A stretch of 64,000 bases of DNA from NCBI GenBank assembly GCA_050613775.1, contig JBODTK010000142.1:310001-374000 (forward strand), read 5' to 3'. Shown here piece by piece: positions 37,301 through 51,392 of the stretch. The stretch's first letter is position 1; each line of letters opens with the position of its first letter. The notes below the pieces were generated by a model that searched no databases, was not told where the DNA came from, and saw only the letters and a program-made list of their open reading frames with translations. Position numbers and translations under genes: made by a program. The stretch is from Neocallimastix sp. 'constans'. Taxonomy: Eukaryota.

Positions 37301-38858
37301 TCTCTTTATTTTCATGTTCCTTATTTTTGTTATTATAGTCTTGGAGTAATACTGTATTTTTGTTATTTTCATCGTATTCTTCCATATTAACCTCAAAGTT
37401 ATATATTTCTGGTCTTGTAGAAGGTGCGGAAATATTACCAGGGGTATCTTCGAAGAATTCAACTGTCCTTGAAAGGACTATTTTATTATTTGTAGTATCA
37501 TATATTATGTAGGCTGTTGGATTTTTATCATCATATCCTAAAAATATTCCAGGAAGGGAGGTTCCGTTGAATTTTCGCCTAAATTGTTTTGGGATATAAA
37601 AGTAAACTTGGCAACCAAATACTCTAAACTTTTCATAATCGACCTTTTCTTGATATAATTCCTCAAAAGGCACTTTGTTGTTGTTACCATTATGTGGTAA
37701 CCTATTATGAATGTAATTTGCTGTCCTTACAGCATCTTCCCAATATTTATGATTTAGCTTACCGTCTTTGAGCATGGCGGTGGCGTTATAAATGAGGGTT
37801 TCTTGAAAACGTTCGGCTTTTCCGTTTTGCTGTGGGTTGTAAGGTATTGAAAATTGTTGTTCAATACCATTTTCTTCACAAAATTTCCTAAAGTTATTAT
37901 TTGTAAACTCAGTACCATTGTCGGTTCGTATATATTTAATATTTTTGTTGAAAATGTTGGTGACTTTCTTATACCATTTTCTGAAAATATTGAACACTTC
38001 GGCTTTTGAGTTCATAAAAAAGACCCATCCGTACCTGGTATAATCATCTAATATACTTAAGAAATATTTATTTCCATATATGGAGCTATCTAGGGATGAC
38101 ACTGTATCCATATGTATAAGTTCAAACGGCTCTTTTGATTTGTTTCTTGCTTTGTTATAAGGTTTATTTCTCATCTTGGACGCACATATTATACATTTAT
38201 TTTGTATGTTTATATTATTTAATTTTTCCTTAATGTTATCTATATAAAAGTGGCCAAGACGGCGGTGCCATAGCTCCATGTTTTCTGTGTTAAAAGCTTT
38301 TATAATATTGTCACATGTAATAGTCTTTTTGTTGTTGTCCCTATTATATTCTATTTTATTTTTGAAAGTCCATACTTTATATATTTTGGATTTATTAGAT
38401 TTGGTAGTAAATATCCTTTTGCCTTCTTTGTTGTAAATGGTAACTAAATTTTTATTATTAAAATTGTAAAATATTGTTTTATAACCTTCTTCACTTAAGT
38501 TGTCTATTGACAACAAACTTCTTTTGAATTTAGGAATATATAATACATTTCGTAATGTAATTTCATTATTGTTAATATAGCCTACGTACGTACCTTTGTA
38601 CGTAGCAGTAACTGTACCTCCGTCAGCGAATTGGATAATTTCTTCACACCTTATCTTATCTATTAAACTTGATAATGCATTTGTCATGTGATAGGTGGCT
38701 CCGGAGTCAATTGTCCAACTGACTATATTACTTGGTAGCTTCGCTTTAGTTGACGGGGCAGTCATATAATAACTGAGGTTTTGTCTCGGCATGTTATTTT
38801 CTGCTTTAGTAGCGTCCACGCCTCGGTCGAACGGAGTATGAGGATTGGATATCTTCAT
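34353..38858 (-). CDS. E5 Pol (PR-IN-RT-RNase H), probably expressed as a Gag-Pol fusion
   Basis: WTIDSGATYH, WHRRLGH...CIIC, HMD/TDNGTEF/NGKAER, KARLVARGF, VYVDD, DADYGG, ADGFTK; 1501 uninterrupted codons. Confidence 0.95.
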   Translation of the reverse strand: MKISNPHTPFDRGVDATKAENNMPRQNLSYYMTAPSTKAKLPSNIVSWTIDSGATYHMTNALSSLIDKIRCEEIIQFADGGTVTATYKGTYVGYINNNEITLRNVLYIPKFKRSLLSIDNLSEEGYKTIFYNFNNKNLVTIYNKEGKRIFTTKSNKSKIYKVWTFKNKIEYNRDNNKKTITCDNIIKAFNTENMELWHRRLGHFYIDNIKEKLNNINIQNKCIICASKMRNKPYNKARNKSKEPFELIHMDTVSSLDSSIYGNKYFLSILDDYTRYGWVFFMNSKAEVFNIFRKWYKKVTNIFNKNIKYIRTDNGTEFTNNNFRKFCEENGIEQQFSIPYNPQQNGKAERFQETLIYNATAMLKDGKLNHKYWEDAVRTANYIHNRLPHNGNNNKVPFEELYQEKVDYEKFRVFGCQVYFYIPKQFRRKFNGTSLPGIFLGYDDKNPTAYIIYDTTNNKIVLSRTVEFFEDTPGNISAPSTRPEIYNFEVNMEEYDENNKNTVLLQDYNNKNKEHENKETTENREENKNNNNINNNDNLNNLNNNYLENNNLNNNNNINNNYPNDNNLNKYNFNKNYLNDNNINFTYSPNPNKNFPQSTNIIDPYKNYNNYNILPLNNLNSNISSNLPFAENLNPAIYNYNAGFINPNLNYLNKNNYIQNENYNNFLNEYKGHLYLNDNNLNNNYINKIINYENNAQNSSNSGNLNNKNSEDNSQGKYNLINNINNKNDKMEQSIHNSNCNDNVMNGNSSSIDNNYVKNNYIPNNNLYKNNFNTKMRINNLYDGQSNMNDVQRINNNSNINKELNSNINNELNSNINKGLISNINNELNSNINKELNSNIKNELNSNVSKELNSNVNKELKSKVNKELNSNIKNELNSNVNKELNSNVNKELNKLDMNNKSNNSTISNINNDKETPDKTNNKKTSKRKGKRKLDSETKPESKKLKSSNLKDKNVKRKGKRKLDSELKPESKKIKSFDLMDIIEDNFSLLSTKEELCEPYNYPDIFNKIDKNEWLQAVKEELNSMKNLKVYKKVDRVPKGSNIITPKWVFRYKYNSDNSINKRKARLVARGFTQKQGIDYNETFSPTLKQDSLRIATAIASANNFNIYQIDIKSAYLNATLNEDVYMEIPEGAEDYKNGYWKLNKALYGLKQSGRLWNETLNEKLINIGFNRLRSEPCIYVKMNDRNKIICLLTVYVDDILLTGNEHEVYKTKHLLKNYFNITDIGPVDTIIGVKFIKEKDGYLLQQHKYLENILRKFDIDKYKISSNMIPEENEELRKRKFNITKYQQAIGSLLYLAICTRPDILFPVNKASRKAKDPNYEDWYNVIKIFRYLKGKPNYGLRYSGNLKLNVYVDADYGGDVESRKSTTGYIIKIGSGPTSWYSKLQHCVSVSSAESEYYGINECARHCLWYENVLNELKLNCNCITINVDNKAAIYNCENETINPRSRHIDIKYHHTRDLIKENKIKLKYIKSEDNLADGFTKYLNTYLLNKFRDSIMVKC

Positions 38859-39846
38859 CTGAATTGTAATCTTCGAGGCTTATTTGAGCATCAGCAAATT
38901 CGCAATACCCATCCTCTTTGTTTATACTTGCGTTGTTGGCTTTGATATTATTGTTCTTTTTTCTTTTGTTCTTCTCATTATGCCAACAGTCCCGTGCTAT
39001 ATGTCCTAGCTTGTTACATATATAACATCTTTTTCTTCCTCTGTTGTTTCTTGGTGTGAATCTATTTTTCTTGGTCATTGAGTTAACGTTTATTACTGTA
39101 TTATTCTTGTGGTTATTTTCTTTTCTAAGTTCCTTAAGATATTTTAGCTTAGGGACCTTCTTTTTTAGACATTTGGTAACATCTTCCCATTTCCCATCGT
39201 GGTCCATTATGTTAACTTCCAATGTTATTTCATATGGAAGAGCGAGATAAAGATATTCAAATTTCTTCTCATCGCTGATTTCCATTTCAAGACTACTTAA
39301 TTCATTGAAAATGTTGTTCATTTCTTCAATAAATAATGAAATATCATTTTCTTTGTTATATTTCATATTCTCTAACTTATTTTTTAATTCTAATTTCCTT
39401 TCTTCATTTGATCTAGTATTACTTGCTTTTAAAATGTTCCAAATTTGATAGGCACTAGATCTTTGAAAATCTAATTTAATTTTGATTTCATCTGATATGC
39501 TATTGTTTATCAGATGCTTAGCTAAAGAATCTAGCTTTATCATTTCTTTTGTGACGTCTTTTTCATAATATAGGTCATCACAACCTCTAACCTTTTTATA
39601 TTTCTTTAGATTTTCTTTAGCTATTTTGTTTTTCTTTATAACTTTTACCTTTTCTTCGTAAACATAGTCATCAACATCATTAATAACTAATAAAAGATCC
39701 ATATCCGTTAACCATAGTCTGTAGTTATTTGATGTTAATAGGTGTTTTGTAGTAGTTGGTTTATTTGCTATGTTTACTGTATTTATTTGGTTTAATGTAT
39801 TTACTGTTTCTTCAACAGTATTCGTTATATTCCTTTTTTCACTCAT
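38806..39846 (-). CDS. E5 Gag (346 aa)
   Basis: Copia gag features (LTSNNYRLW, SAYQIWNIL) and zinc knuckle CYICNKLGHIARDC; ATG about 9 nt after the PBS. Confidence 0.93.
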   Translation of the reverse strand: MSEKRNITNTVEETVNTLNQINTVNIANKPTTTKHLLTSNNYRLWLTDMDLLLVINDVDDYVYEEKVKVIKKNKIAKENLKKYKKVRGCDDLYYEKDVTKEMIKLDSLAKHLINNSISDEIKIKLDFQRSSAYQIWNILKASNTRSNEERKLELKNKLENMKYNKENDISLFIEEMNNIFNELSSLEMEISDEKKFEYLYLALPYEITLEVNIMDHDGKWEDVTKCLKKKVPKLKYLKELRKENNHKNNTVINVNSMTKKNRFTPRNNRGRKRCYICNKLGHIARDCWHNEKNKRKKNNNIKANNASINKEDGYCEFADAQISLEDYNSDEDIQSSYSVRPRRGRY

Positions 39847-39854
39847 TACTGCTA

Positions 39855-39869
39855 ATGAGACTCTTAATC
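39855..39869 (-). promoter_or_regulatory. E5 primer-binding site (tRNA-Lys(CUU) anticodon arm)
   Basis: GATTAAGAGTCTCAT abutting the 5' LTR. Confidence 0.85.
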
Positions 39870-41819
39870 TTTTGTTTTTTATTTTTATTTTTATTTTATT
39901 TTTTTATTTTTTTTTTTTTATTTATTTAAGTTCTATTTTATTTTAATTATTAAATTATTATTTTATTTTATACTAATTACATGTATTAGTTTTTTTTTTA
40001 CTACATCAATTACACAATAACTTCATATTAATATTATATGTATTAAGCCACATACATACATACATACATAGAGATTTAAATATATATAATATAAATTACT
40101 ATACTATTTGAACTTTATTTTTAACAGATATAATTCAAAAGGATTGAATAAATAATTAACATGGATTTAAAAAAAAAAAATAGAATTATTAAAGTTTTTT
40201 CTTATTTATTTTTCTTATTTTATTTTTTTTTGAAGTAATAATAGTAGAATAATATAATATATCATTTTGACATCAATTTTTATATTTTATATATAATATT
40301 TGCCCTTTTTGTAATTATATATATAGAAAATAATTATTACTCTTTTTTTTTTTTATAATATTATCTATTTGTTAATTTATTATATAAACTACATGAATAT
40401 ATATATTTATATAAGCATAAATATATATGCATATAATTTATTAATTATTACTATTAATAATAATACTTTTTTTTTTATTAATTTTTTATTAATTTTTTTT
40501 TTTAATATTAATATTATGTCGTTCCTGTATTCCTGTGATGTGAAACTATCAAGTCATTATATATAAATATATAATTTATTTACTATTTGATTTAGGAATG
40601 TGAGAGTGTAACCGTATGATTTTGTTGATCAAAATTTCCTTTACTAATTTGTTAGGACAAATGTTAAAAAAAAAAAAAAGGATTTTTTTTCTTAATTTTT
40701 TTTTTCTTATATTTTATATAATTCATTTCATGTTTTTTTTTATTTTTTTTTATTTTTTTTTTATTTCATTTTCATTAAATTTAATATTCAATATAATGTT
40801 AAAACTCTATATCTAATTTTTAGTTAAAACTTTAAATAAATATATATATAATTAATAATAAATAAGTAATAAATAATAAATTAAATAATTAATAATAATT
40901 AAATAATTAATAATGAATATGTAAAGTTAAAATATATAGAAATTAATAAAATTAAAAGTTAAATTTATAAATATGAAAAGTTCAAATATTAATCTAAATT
41001 CTATATTAATTAATAATTAATAATTTATTACTAAATTAATATATAATATCATAATATTTTTTTAATTTTTTAATTTTTTTACTTATATTAAATCTCTATT
41101 AAATTAATATTACCAAAAAAATTTTTTTTTATTTTAAAATTGAATAAAATATATAAAGAAAAAGAAAAGATAAATTAATAAAATAAATAAATAAAAAATT
41201 ATTTTTGGTACATTTAATATATAAAACAATAAACAATACTATAATTATTTTATTTAAAGTATTTCTTCAATAATGTGTTTTTAAATAATTATCTTTAAAA
41301 ACAATACCTTTTTTTTTTTTTTTAATTTTTTTTTCTTCTTTTTAATTATTTACTTCTTAATTTATTTTTATTTACTTATTTTTTTTTTTTATTTTATTGT
41401 TCTTTATTAATAATAGTGAAATATTTTAATTTTAAAATATAAAGGAAATTTAAAATATATATTATTAAAATTTTGAAACAGGTTTAATTAATAATAATAT
41501 TATTATAATTAATTATATAAAATAAAATTTAATTAAAAATGTATTTTGGAATCATTAAAAAGAAATTGGTAAAATGATAATATCAGGAATAATAACAATA
41601 ATAACAATAATAATAATAATAATAATAATAATAAGAGTCAATAGGAATTTTTAAATAATAATTAGAAAAATAATACCACAATAAGCATTATATATATAAA
41701 ATTGTATAAAGTAGAAATTGTTAAATGTTATTATTATTTTTAATTGTTTTTAAGTTTAATATTTGGATATAAATAATATATTAATATTAAATATATTTAT
41801 ATATTTATATATTTATTTT

Positions 41820-41870
<51 letters not shown>

Positions 41871-42955
41871 CCCTCTTTTTGTTATTTAATCTTTTTAACT
41901 AAATTAATAACATTATTAAATAATATTTATTTTTATTTTTATTTTTATATTATATTTTGAATTGATTGATAAATTATATTTATTATTATATATATTACTT
42001 TTTTTTTTATTGTTTTATTAAGATTTAAAAGTATACAAATCTTGGCTTGGTAGATCTTCTTTATTTTATTATAATAATTATTATTTATATTTATATTTAT
42101 ATTTATAATTTTTTTATAAAAAAAATCTCCAAAGAGTCGATTTTATTTAATAATATTATATATTTATTTATAATATTATTTCATTTTATTTATATATATT
42201 TCATTTTCATTTCAAAATAAAATCTATATGCTAAGATGATTAATAATATTCTTTTTTCTTTTAATTATATTTTTATTTTATTATCATGCAATAATAACAT
42301 AAAATGTAATTAATACTATAAAATATTTTTTTTATTCTGATTTCTGAGCCTTTTTTTTTTTACTGTTAAAAAAATAAATGAATATATATTTATTGCTTAA
42401 TAAAAATAATAAATATTAATTTTTAATATTTTTTTTTTTATAATTTTTAAAATTTTTTAGATTTAATTTTTTAATTATTAAATTAGTTATTTCATATAAT
42501 AATTAATATAATAGAATATAGTAGAATAGAATAATTATAATTATATATTATATTTTTTTAATGATACACAAAGTAAGCATGATTTAGTATTAATAAAGGC
42601 AAAATATTAAAATTTATAATTTACATCTTTATCTAATTATTATTTATATATATAGATTTATAAATTATATATGAAAACTACAAATAAAAAAACAACAACA
42701 AATAAATAAACAACAAAATAATCGTAAATTCTAAATTTTTTATGAAAAATAATAATAAAAAAAAAATAGTAATTTCTAAAAATTATAAATGCAAATAAAA
42801 ATTAATATATAGGTGATTCTTTATTTTATATAATTAATAATTTAAAAAATTTTAAAATAATAACATTAATAATATATATGAATATTATTTAGAAGTACAA
42901 ACTTATTAAATATATTAATAATTAATAATAGATAAATATAAAAACCAACCGTATA

Positions 42956-43412
42956 TAATAAATAATAAATAATAAATAATAAATAATAAATAATAAATAA
43001 TAAATAATAAATAATAAATAATAAATAATAAATAATAAATAATAAATAATAAATAATAAATAATAAATAATAAATAATAAATAATAAATAATAAATAATA
43101 AATAATAAATAATAAATAATAAATAATAAATAATAAATAATAAATAATAAATAATAAATAATAAATAATAAATAATAAATAATAAATAATAAATAATAAA
43201 TAATAAATAATAGAATAATAAATAATAGAATAATAAATAATAAATAATAAATAATAAATAATAAATAATAAATCATAAATCATAAATAATAAACAATAAA
43301 TAATAAATAATAAATAATAAATAATAAATAATAAATAATAAATAATAAATGTTTAAATGATAAATAATAAATTAATAATAAATAATAAATAATAAATAAT
43401 AAATAATAAAAT
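42956..43412. repeat. 7-bp satellite (AATAAAT)n, array 1
   Basis: About 65 units with AATAG and AATCAT variants. Confidence 0.93.
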
Positions 43413-43919
43413 AAGAATTAAAGAATATGAAAAAAAAAAAATTTTTTTATCCTTGTTTATTAAATTGAAAAATTGAATAATTAAATTATAATAATAATAA
43501 GGATCTTTTTTTATTATAATTTATATTTAATAAATTTCTTTCGATAAATGGAAATTTATTTATTTTTTATTTCATTTTATATAGAAAAAAAAAAATCTAC
43601 TTAAATTATTAAGGAAAATTTTTTCTTAATTTATGCTGGACGTCAACTAATTATCAATGATACTAAATTAATAATAATAATATTAAATAAAAAAAAAGAA
43701 TTATAAATTTTTAATTTTTTATTTTTTTTTATTTTTCATAGAACAATACACTTTGAATTTTATAATTGTTTTTTATATCATATAATTTATTTATCATTTA
43801 ATAATTAAAGTATTACTAAAATTTTAATATTATTATTAAAAATAAACATAATTATAGATTTAAAAATATTTTTTTTTGTTTAATTTCTTATTTTTTTTTT
43901 ACTTAAAAATATTAGAAAT

Positions 43920-43969
<50 letters not shown>

Positions 43970-46900
43970 GTACTAATTAAAAAAAAAATAATGTGTTTTT
44001 ATATACTAAAAGTATATTTATTTATATTTATTATGATTAATTGTTACTAATTTATATACAAAAATAAATATTTTATAAATATATATTTATATATACATAT
44101 ATGAAATAATTTTTATTATTACTTTAATGTCTATTTGTGTATATATATATTTATTTTCATATAATAAGATTTTAAGTGTAGAATATTTCCGTTTTGTATT
44201 CATATGAATACGGCATGTAACAAAAAAAAAAAAAAAAAGTTAATATAATAGTTATTTTTTTTAAAAAAAGGTAATTTAATAGTTATTTTATTAAAAAAAA
44301 ATAAAAAAAAAAAGTAATAACTTTCAATAATAAAAGAATGATAATAAAAAGAAGAAAAAAATCATATATTGTGCTGTTCTTCTTTTATTTATCCTTTTTT
44401 TATTTTATTTTATTTATTATTTCACCTTTTTTTTTTTTTACAAAAAAAATAATTTATGAAAATTATAATTAATTATTATTATTATATATATTAATAACTT
44501 GAGATTACTAAAGATGTATATCATGAATTGGTTTTTAGTATAATAGAAAATTTTTTCAAAAAACAAAAAATAAAAAACAAAAAATAAACAATATAGTAAT
44601 AAAATGATTTTTATGTTATACGAATAATGAATCATAATTAAATATATATATATATATATATTTATTATATTTATATTATATGTTACTATTTATTATATTA
44701 TAAATAAACTTTTTAAAGTTTATTTAAAGTTTTAAAATTAATTTATTTTTTTTTAAAATATGCGGAAAAGCTTAATAATATATCATAAATATAAATTAAA
44801 TGTCATAAAAAATTTTATAACTATTTTATCAATAGGATATTGAAAATTTAATTTTTATTTATTTATCTAAAAATTTTAAGTAATGGGTTAAAAATTAATT
44901 ATTAGATTTAATAAAAATATTTAAACGTCATCCAAAGTCATTTAAAGTCATCAAAATATTTATATTAATTAGTAAATAATTATTATTTAGGAAACAAGTA
45001 AAACATTAGATAGTTTGTTTATTATTTATTTTTAATTTTATGCTCATCCTATAGATATATATATGAATACATAAGCATATATATATATTTACATAACTTT
45101 CTTGGTGTTTTAAAATATGTATATTTATATATACATATTAGTTTTTAACTTTTATCTTTACAATAATTAATTTATTATTAAAGAAGGATAATATAATTTG
45201 GATAATATTAATTTTTTGACTAAGGTAAAACAACTGACATTACATTTTTTTTTTTAAAAAAAAAAAGAAATATTGAATCTGAATAATAAAATTCTCCATT
45301 GACTATTCAATTTAATAGTATTTGAAATATATAAAGTTAATAATAATAAAACAAAACTATTATAATTTTTTTTTTTTTTTTAAGGAGATTAATATATTAA
45401 AACAATTTTTTTTAAAAAAAATAATCTTCACAGTTTTTCAAAGTTTATCTTAACTTATATATTAATATTTTAATGGTTTGAGCTTATTGTTCCATTTTAG
45501 TGTTTTGATTTAGGTTTTTTTTAAAAACCAATGAACGATTTACAATTTTATCATATAACTTAGAAATAGTTGAATGGTTAAAAGATAAATAAATAAATAA
45601 GCAAACAAATAAATCATTAGAAAAAAAAAAGTTTTAATTTGTTATGAATATATTAAAACTAAACAAATGGGAAAATAAATAAAGATATAAAAATATATTA
45701 TCATAAATAAAACGCTGTTAAATAATTGTTTAAAAAAAAAAAAAAAAACTTGTTGCATTAATATTATTTGTTCATTATTTTATATAAAAAAGAATGTATA
45801 TATATAATTTATATTTTTATTATTTACGATTTATAATTATTTTTTTTTTTAAAAAAAATATATATATATAAATATTAATTAAAATTTAATTAATATAATA
45901 AAAATATATATAAATTTAACCTACATAGTTTAAATATAATATACAATTGTCCTACATAAAGTAAATAATTAATAAATTAATATTACACCTAACTTTAATA
46001 TATAATAAACTTTGAAGATAATTTTAATCTATTTAAATTAAATTGAATAGATGGAAACAAATTATTTTCATTTCACTTCATAAAATTAATATTTTTAATT
46101 CTCCTTATTAAATTTTTTAAAATAAAAAAAATAATAAAAAAAAATAATAAAAAAAAAAAATAATAAAAAAAAATTAATATATGAAATATATTAATTATCA
46201 TAAATTAGTAATAATTTATAATAATTAATCATATAATTTATATTAACTTTAAATTATAAATAATAATATTAATCATATTTATTCTAATTTATCCTAAAAA
46301 TAAAAATAACATAAAAATAAATAAAAGATATTCCATAAAATATTATAAAAAATTATATAATTATATAATATATTAATCTATACTAATATATTATTAATTA
46401 AAATGTCAAAAATATTTATTTTTATTATTATTTTTTTTTAAAAAATTATTAAATTTGAAAAATAATTACTAATTAGTACATAATAAAATAATTCAAATTA
46501 AAAAATTTATTATAAATCTTTTATAATAAATAACTATTTTAGTTTTAATTAATAACATGAATTCGTTTTTTTTATTCTTTTATTCTTATTTATTAAATAT
46601 ACTCTTAGTTTTTTTTTTAAAAAAATATTTTATTATAACTTTTTATATATATATTTAAAAGTTTTTTTTTCGTATTAAATATTTATATAATGAAATATTA
46701 ATAATTAAAATATTTTTGTATTCTCAAATTTATTATTAAAATATACTTTTTTTTTTTTTTAATTATTACATATATTTTAAAAAAATAGACCTTAATATTA
46801 ATTTAATTTATTAATTATTTTAAATTAGAGTTAACTATTTTTATTTTTTTTAATATAAAGCAAAATTCAATTTTAAGGAATATATATAATACAATTTTTT

Positions 46901-48029
46901 ATTTAAAAAAATTTTTTTTTTTATTTTAACTTTTTATTATATTTTTTTCTGTAAAAACAAAAAATATAAATAATAAAAAAGGAATTAATAATTATATAAA
47001 ATTAAGAGATCTTTATCATCTATCACATTACTATACAATATGAATCTTTTTTTAGTAGTATTACTAAGCATTAATATACCTGCTTATTTAATTAATATCA
47101 TCATATGAGATGATTATTATAGATATGGATAAAAAGCTATTTTAAATATAACTAGATAAAGAAATAATTAAAAAAAAATATATATAAATAAACTAGAAAA
47201 AGTATATTAATTTGAAAAAAAAATATACATATATTTTTATTTAATATTTATTTATTTATTTATTTTTATTAATAATTTTTTTTTATTTATTTAATTATTA
47301 TTATATATATATATTTTAATTCTTAGATCTTATTAATTAATGATATAAATAGTATTAAAAGATCAAATTTAATTAAATTTTGTATGCCAATATCGATATT
47401 CCTTTGATAATTAAACTTTTTATTATTATTATTATAATTATTATTATTATTATTATTATTTTTAATATATTTCTATCTCTTTTTATATTATTATTACTTT
47501 TTTTTTATTTATTAAATTTAAAAAGATGTTATTAAAATATTTTTTATATTCAATTTTTTTTATGAAAAAATAAGGCTATGTAAAATACAAAAAAAAAAAG
47601 GCTAAGAAAAAAAAAATTAAACTATAAAAGGCTATTGATATATAAATTTTATTTCAAAGCTATTTTTTTTTTATTCAAAAATTTAGTTTATCATTATATA
47701 TAAACTTTATGTATGACCATTTTCAATGTGTGAGGTCAAACAAATCAAGTAATAATAATAATAATAATAAAACTAAAACGAATAATAAAATATAATTACC
47801 ATTTTTTTTTTTTTTATTTTAAATATCATGATATGATGACATATCATAGATATAGATCATAGATATTATCAGTTATAACGATTGAATTGATATTGCTTTT
47901 ATATAACAAAAAAAATGTTGATATAAAAAAAACAAAAATGTAAATACAGTAATTTTTTTTTATTATTTTAAAATAATAAAAAAACACATATTGTGTCATT
48001 TCATTTTGTTTGATTTGATTTTAAAAAAA

Positions 48030-48070
<41 letters not shown>

Positions 48071-49069
48071 ATTTATAAATATTCTTTAATTATTCCTTTT
48101 TTATATTATTATTAATTTAAACTTTTTTTTTTTTTTTTAAAAAAAACAAAAAAAATATATTTATACATTTATTTATATTTATATGTATTAATATTTTAAT
48201 TAAATATTAAATAATACGTATCTAAAAAATTAAAATTTGTATACATTATATTTTATTTTAAATATTAAATTTATAGAATTTATTAAAACAATATATAATA
48301 TTAATATATTTAATATACATTAATATGTGCAAATTAAGGTTATATTTAAATTTTTATAAACAAAAAAATTTAAAAGAAATACATATATTTAATATATTAC
48401 ATATTATATTATAATATATTGTTTAATTAATAATACAATATTTATGAATATCAATATAAGAATCAAATTCAAAATTTATTTTTTTTAAAATGAAATAATA
48501 AAAATAAAAATATTAATAATAAAAAAAAAATGAGATAAATATATAAAAATTTAAATATGAGTTAAAATGGATAATTCAACAAAAGATTATGATATAATTC
48601 TGGAAATTTTTTTTTTTTTTGTTTTCCTTTATTATTATTATTATTATTATTTTCATTATTATTATTATTTTTTTTTTATTTCTTGTTAAATCAATTTGGA
48701 AAAGTTCATTTGCAACAGAGTAAATTAATGCAAAATAAGACGAAAGAAATAAAGATAAAAATATCATTTCTATTGAATTTTTATGAACGTTAGTCATAAT
48801 TATTTAAAATAATAATTGAATTTATTATTTCATTACATAAAATTTGATATTTAAAGTTTTAATTTTTTTTATAATAATAATTTATGTTTTAAACTTTATT
48901 TCTATTTACAAAAAAAAAAAAAAAATATGATGTCTACATATATTATTTTGTAATTATCATAAACATTTACTATTATTATAAATATACAAAGACATGATAG
49001 TGAACGTGAATTTAAAGATTAAAAATTTATATATTAAATTAATAAGGATTGTAATCATAGTAGTGAATG

Positions 49070-49124
<55 letters not shown>

Positions 49125-51230
49125 GGATTATGATAGTAATAATAAGGATTTTAATAATAATAGCAACGATATAAATCATTAACTTGGTTTTCTTTTTCTT
49201 TTTCTACCTTTTATCATGAGAATTTTAATTCCAATAAAAATATAAAAAATTTCTTTCCTCCTTTTTTTTTTTTAATTTTTAATGCTGTCAATTATTTTCA
49301 TTTGTCTAAAAAAAAAACTTTAATAAATAAATAAAATAAATAAATAAATAAATAAATAAATAAATAGACATATAAATAAATAAATGAATTAAATTAAAAG
49401 TATTAAATATTCATAATAAATAAATTACATTAATATATAAAATACATTAATAAAAATATAAATATTGTATACATTAATGTAAATGTGTTTAGGGTTTTTT
49501 TTTTTTTTTAAAACAAATTATTATTATCTTATTGTGAAACATGATAAATATTCTGTCATTACCAAAATTTATCATAAGATATATATATAGTAGTACCTTT
49601 TTTTTTAATATTAATATCTAATATATTATTGACGTTGACAATAGGATATTAGTAATATATATAAATATATATTACAATAGAATTGTTATAATTATGTTGA
49701 TTTCATATTTTTTAAAGTTTAAAATTTTTTTTAATTTTTTTTTTTTAAAAAAAAAGAAATTAAAACTAATAGTAATATAGTTTTATATATAATAAATTAT
49801 CACATTAATAACTATTTTAATAAAAAAACATTTGAACAATGTAGTTTAACTAAATATATATATAGAAAACATTGGCATTTCCTTTTTTATATTGGTATAT
49901 ATATTACAATATATTAAACATGTAATCAATGCCCTTTTTTCTTATTTTTATTATTAAAAATCATATTTTTATTTTTTTGAATAAAAAAAAATATTATTTA
50001 TTTTATCCAAATTTTTATAAAATAATATATATTCATTAAATTTATATATATTATTCTTTAACTATTTTAATATATAATAGATAATATACAATATACAATA
50101 TATTAATATATGATATAATATATTTATATTATTATATTCTGTTCAAATTATAATGAAATTGTTAAGAATAGAATAGATATTATAGAAAAGATAATTATAA
50201 TAAAATAATAAAATATTATTTAATATAATATAATATTAGTTAAGCTTTAATAGATATTATTTTTATTTTTCTTTTAAACAAAGTTAAGTAATTATGTTAA
50301 AAAAAAAAAAAGAATATAAAATTTGGAAAGAGAAAGAAGAAAAGATGAAATTTTTTTTTTATAATTAGTCCAATGAAGTGGCAACAAAATCATACTTTGT
50401 TTTTATTTTGAAATTTGAGTTAACATAAAACAGAGATATACTTAAAAATAAAACAAAAAATTTTAATAAATATACTATAAATAAAACAATAATAAAACAG
50501 AAATAAAACAATAATAACATAAAAAAATCTTTAGTAAAAAGTAAAAAGTGTTCATGTCATTAAAATGCTATATTTTATGTTCATCCATTGATTATAAAAA
50601 TACTTGCCGTTCGAATATTCATCTATAAATGATAAAAAAAAAAACAACTTATTTTTAAATTAATATTAAATAATATGAAATAACAAAGTACAAAATCTAT
50701 AATAATTAATACATAATTATTATTAATTGATTATAATAAATAAATATATTTTATTTTATTTAATTTTAAAAAATATTAATATAATAATTAAAATATTTAT
50801 TTTATTATTAATATATATTTTAGGTATAATATAATTAATTGAATTATTAATCCATTAAAATATTATACATATTTTAATTTAAGTCTAATCCTCATTATTT
50901 AATAATTATAATATTAGTTAATTAACTTTATTATTGTAAAAAGGGATGATTATTAATAATATATATTAATATATTATAAACTATTGTAATATATGCATAT
51001 TTGTAAAATATATTTTAAAATAATAAATAATATGTATATAATAATTTATTAATGTATTCTAATATAATGTAAGTTTTTATTGAGTACTATTAATTAAAAA
51101 GGCTTGTATTTAAACAAAAAAAAAATTCAATATAAAAAACAAGTCATAAGATAATGATTATTGAATACTAATTTCAATATTCCAGCAAATGAGATAGGCT
51201 AGAAATCAACTTTGTTGATGATAATTCTTT

Positions 51231-51262
<32 letters not shown>

Positions 51263-51392
51263 TTGGCTAGGTAGTGGCTTACTTATATGGCGATTTTTCA
51301 TATAGTTAATATTGTCATGGGTCTTATAGCTACATACTAGTTATTCATGAAGTATTTTTTAAATCCATCCCACTCTAAAAATTTAAAATAAT

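Larger units (their letters stand above)
34073..40126 (-). mobile_element. E5: near-intact Ty1/copia element with separate gag and pol frames
   Basis: 257-bp LTRs (34073-34329, 39870-40126) with about 2 differences; perfect TSD GATAT (34068-34072, 40127-40131); PBS 39855-39869; PPT AGGAGGAG 34330-34337. Confidence 0.96.

Noticed and set aside
42866..43283. IIYYLLF-repeat ORFs here and at 51392-52147
   Set aside because: Translations of the AATAAAT satellite.
48576..49182. Short ORFs at 48576-48797 and 48994-49182
   Set aside because: Low complexity, no motifs and no convincing splice structure.
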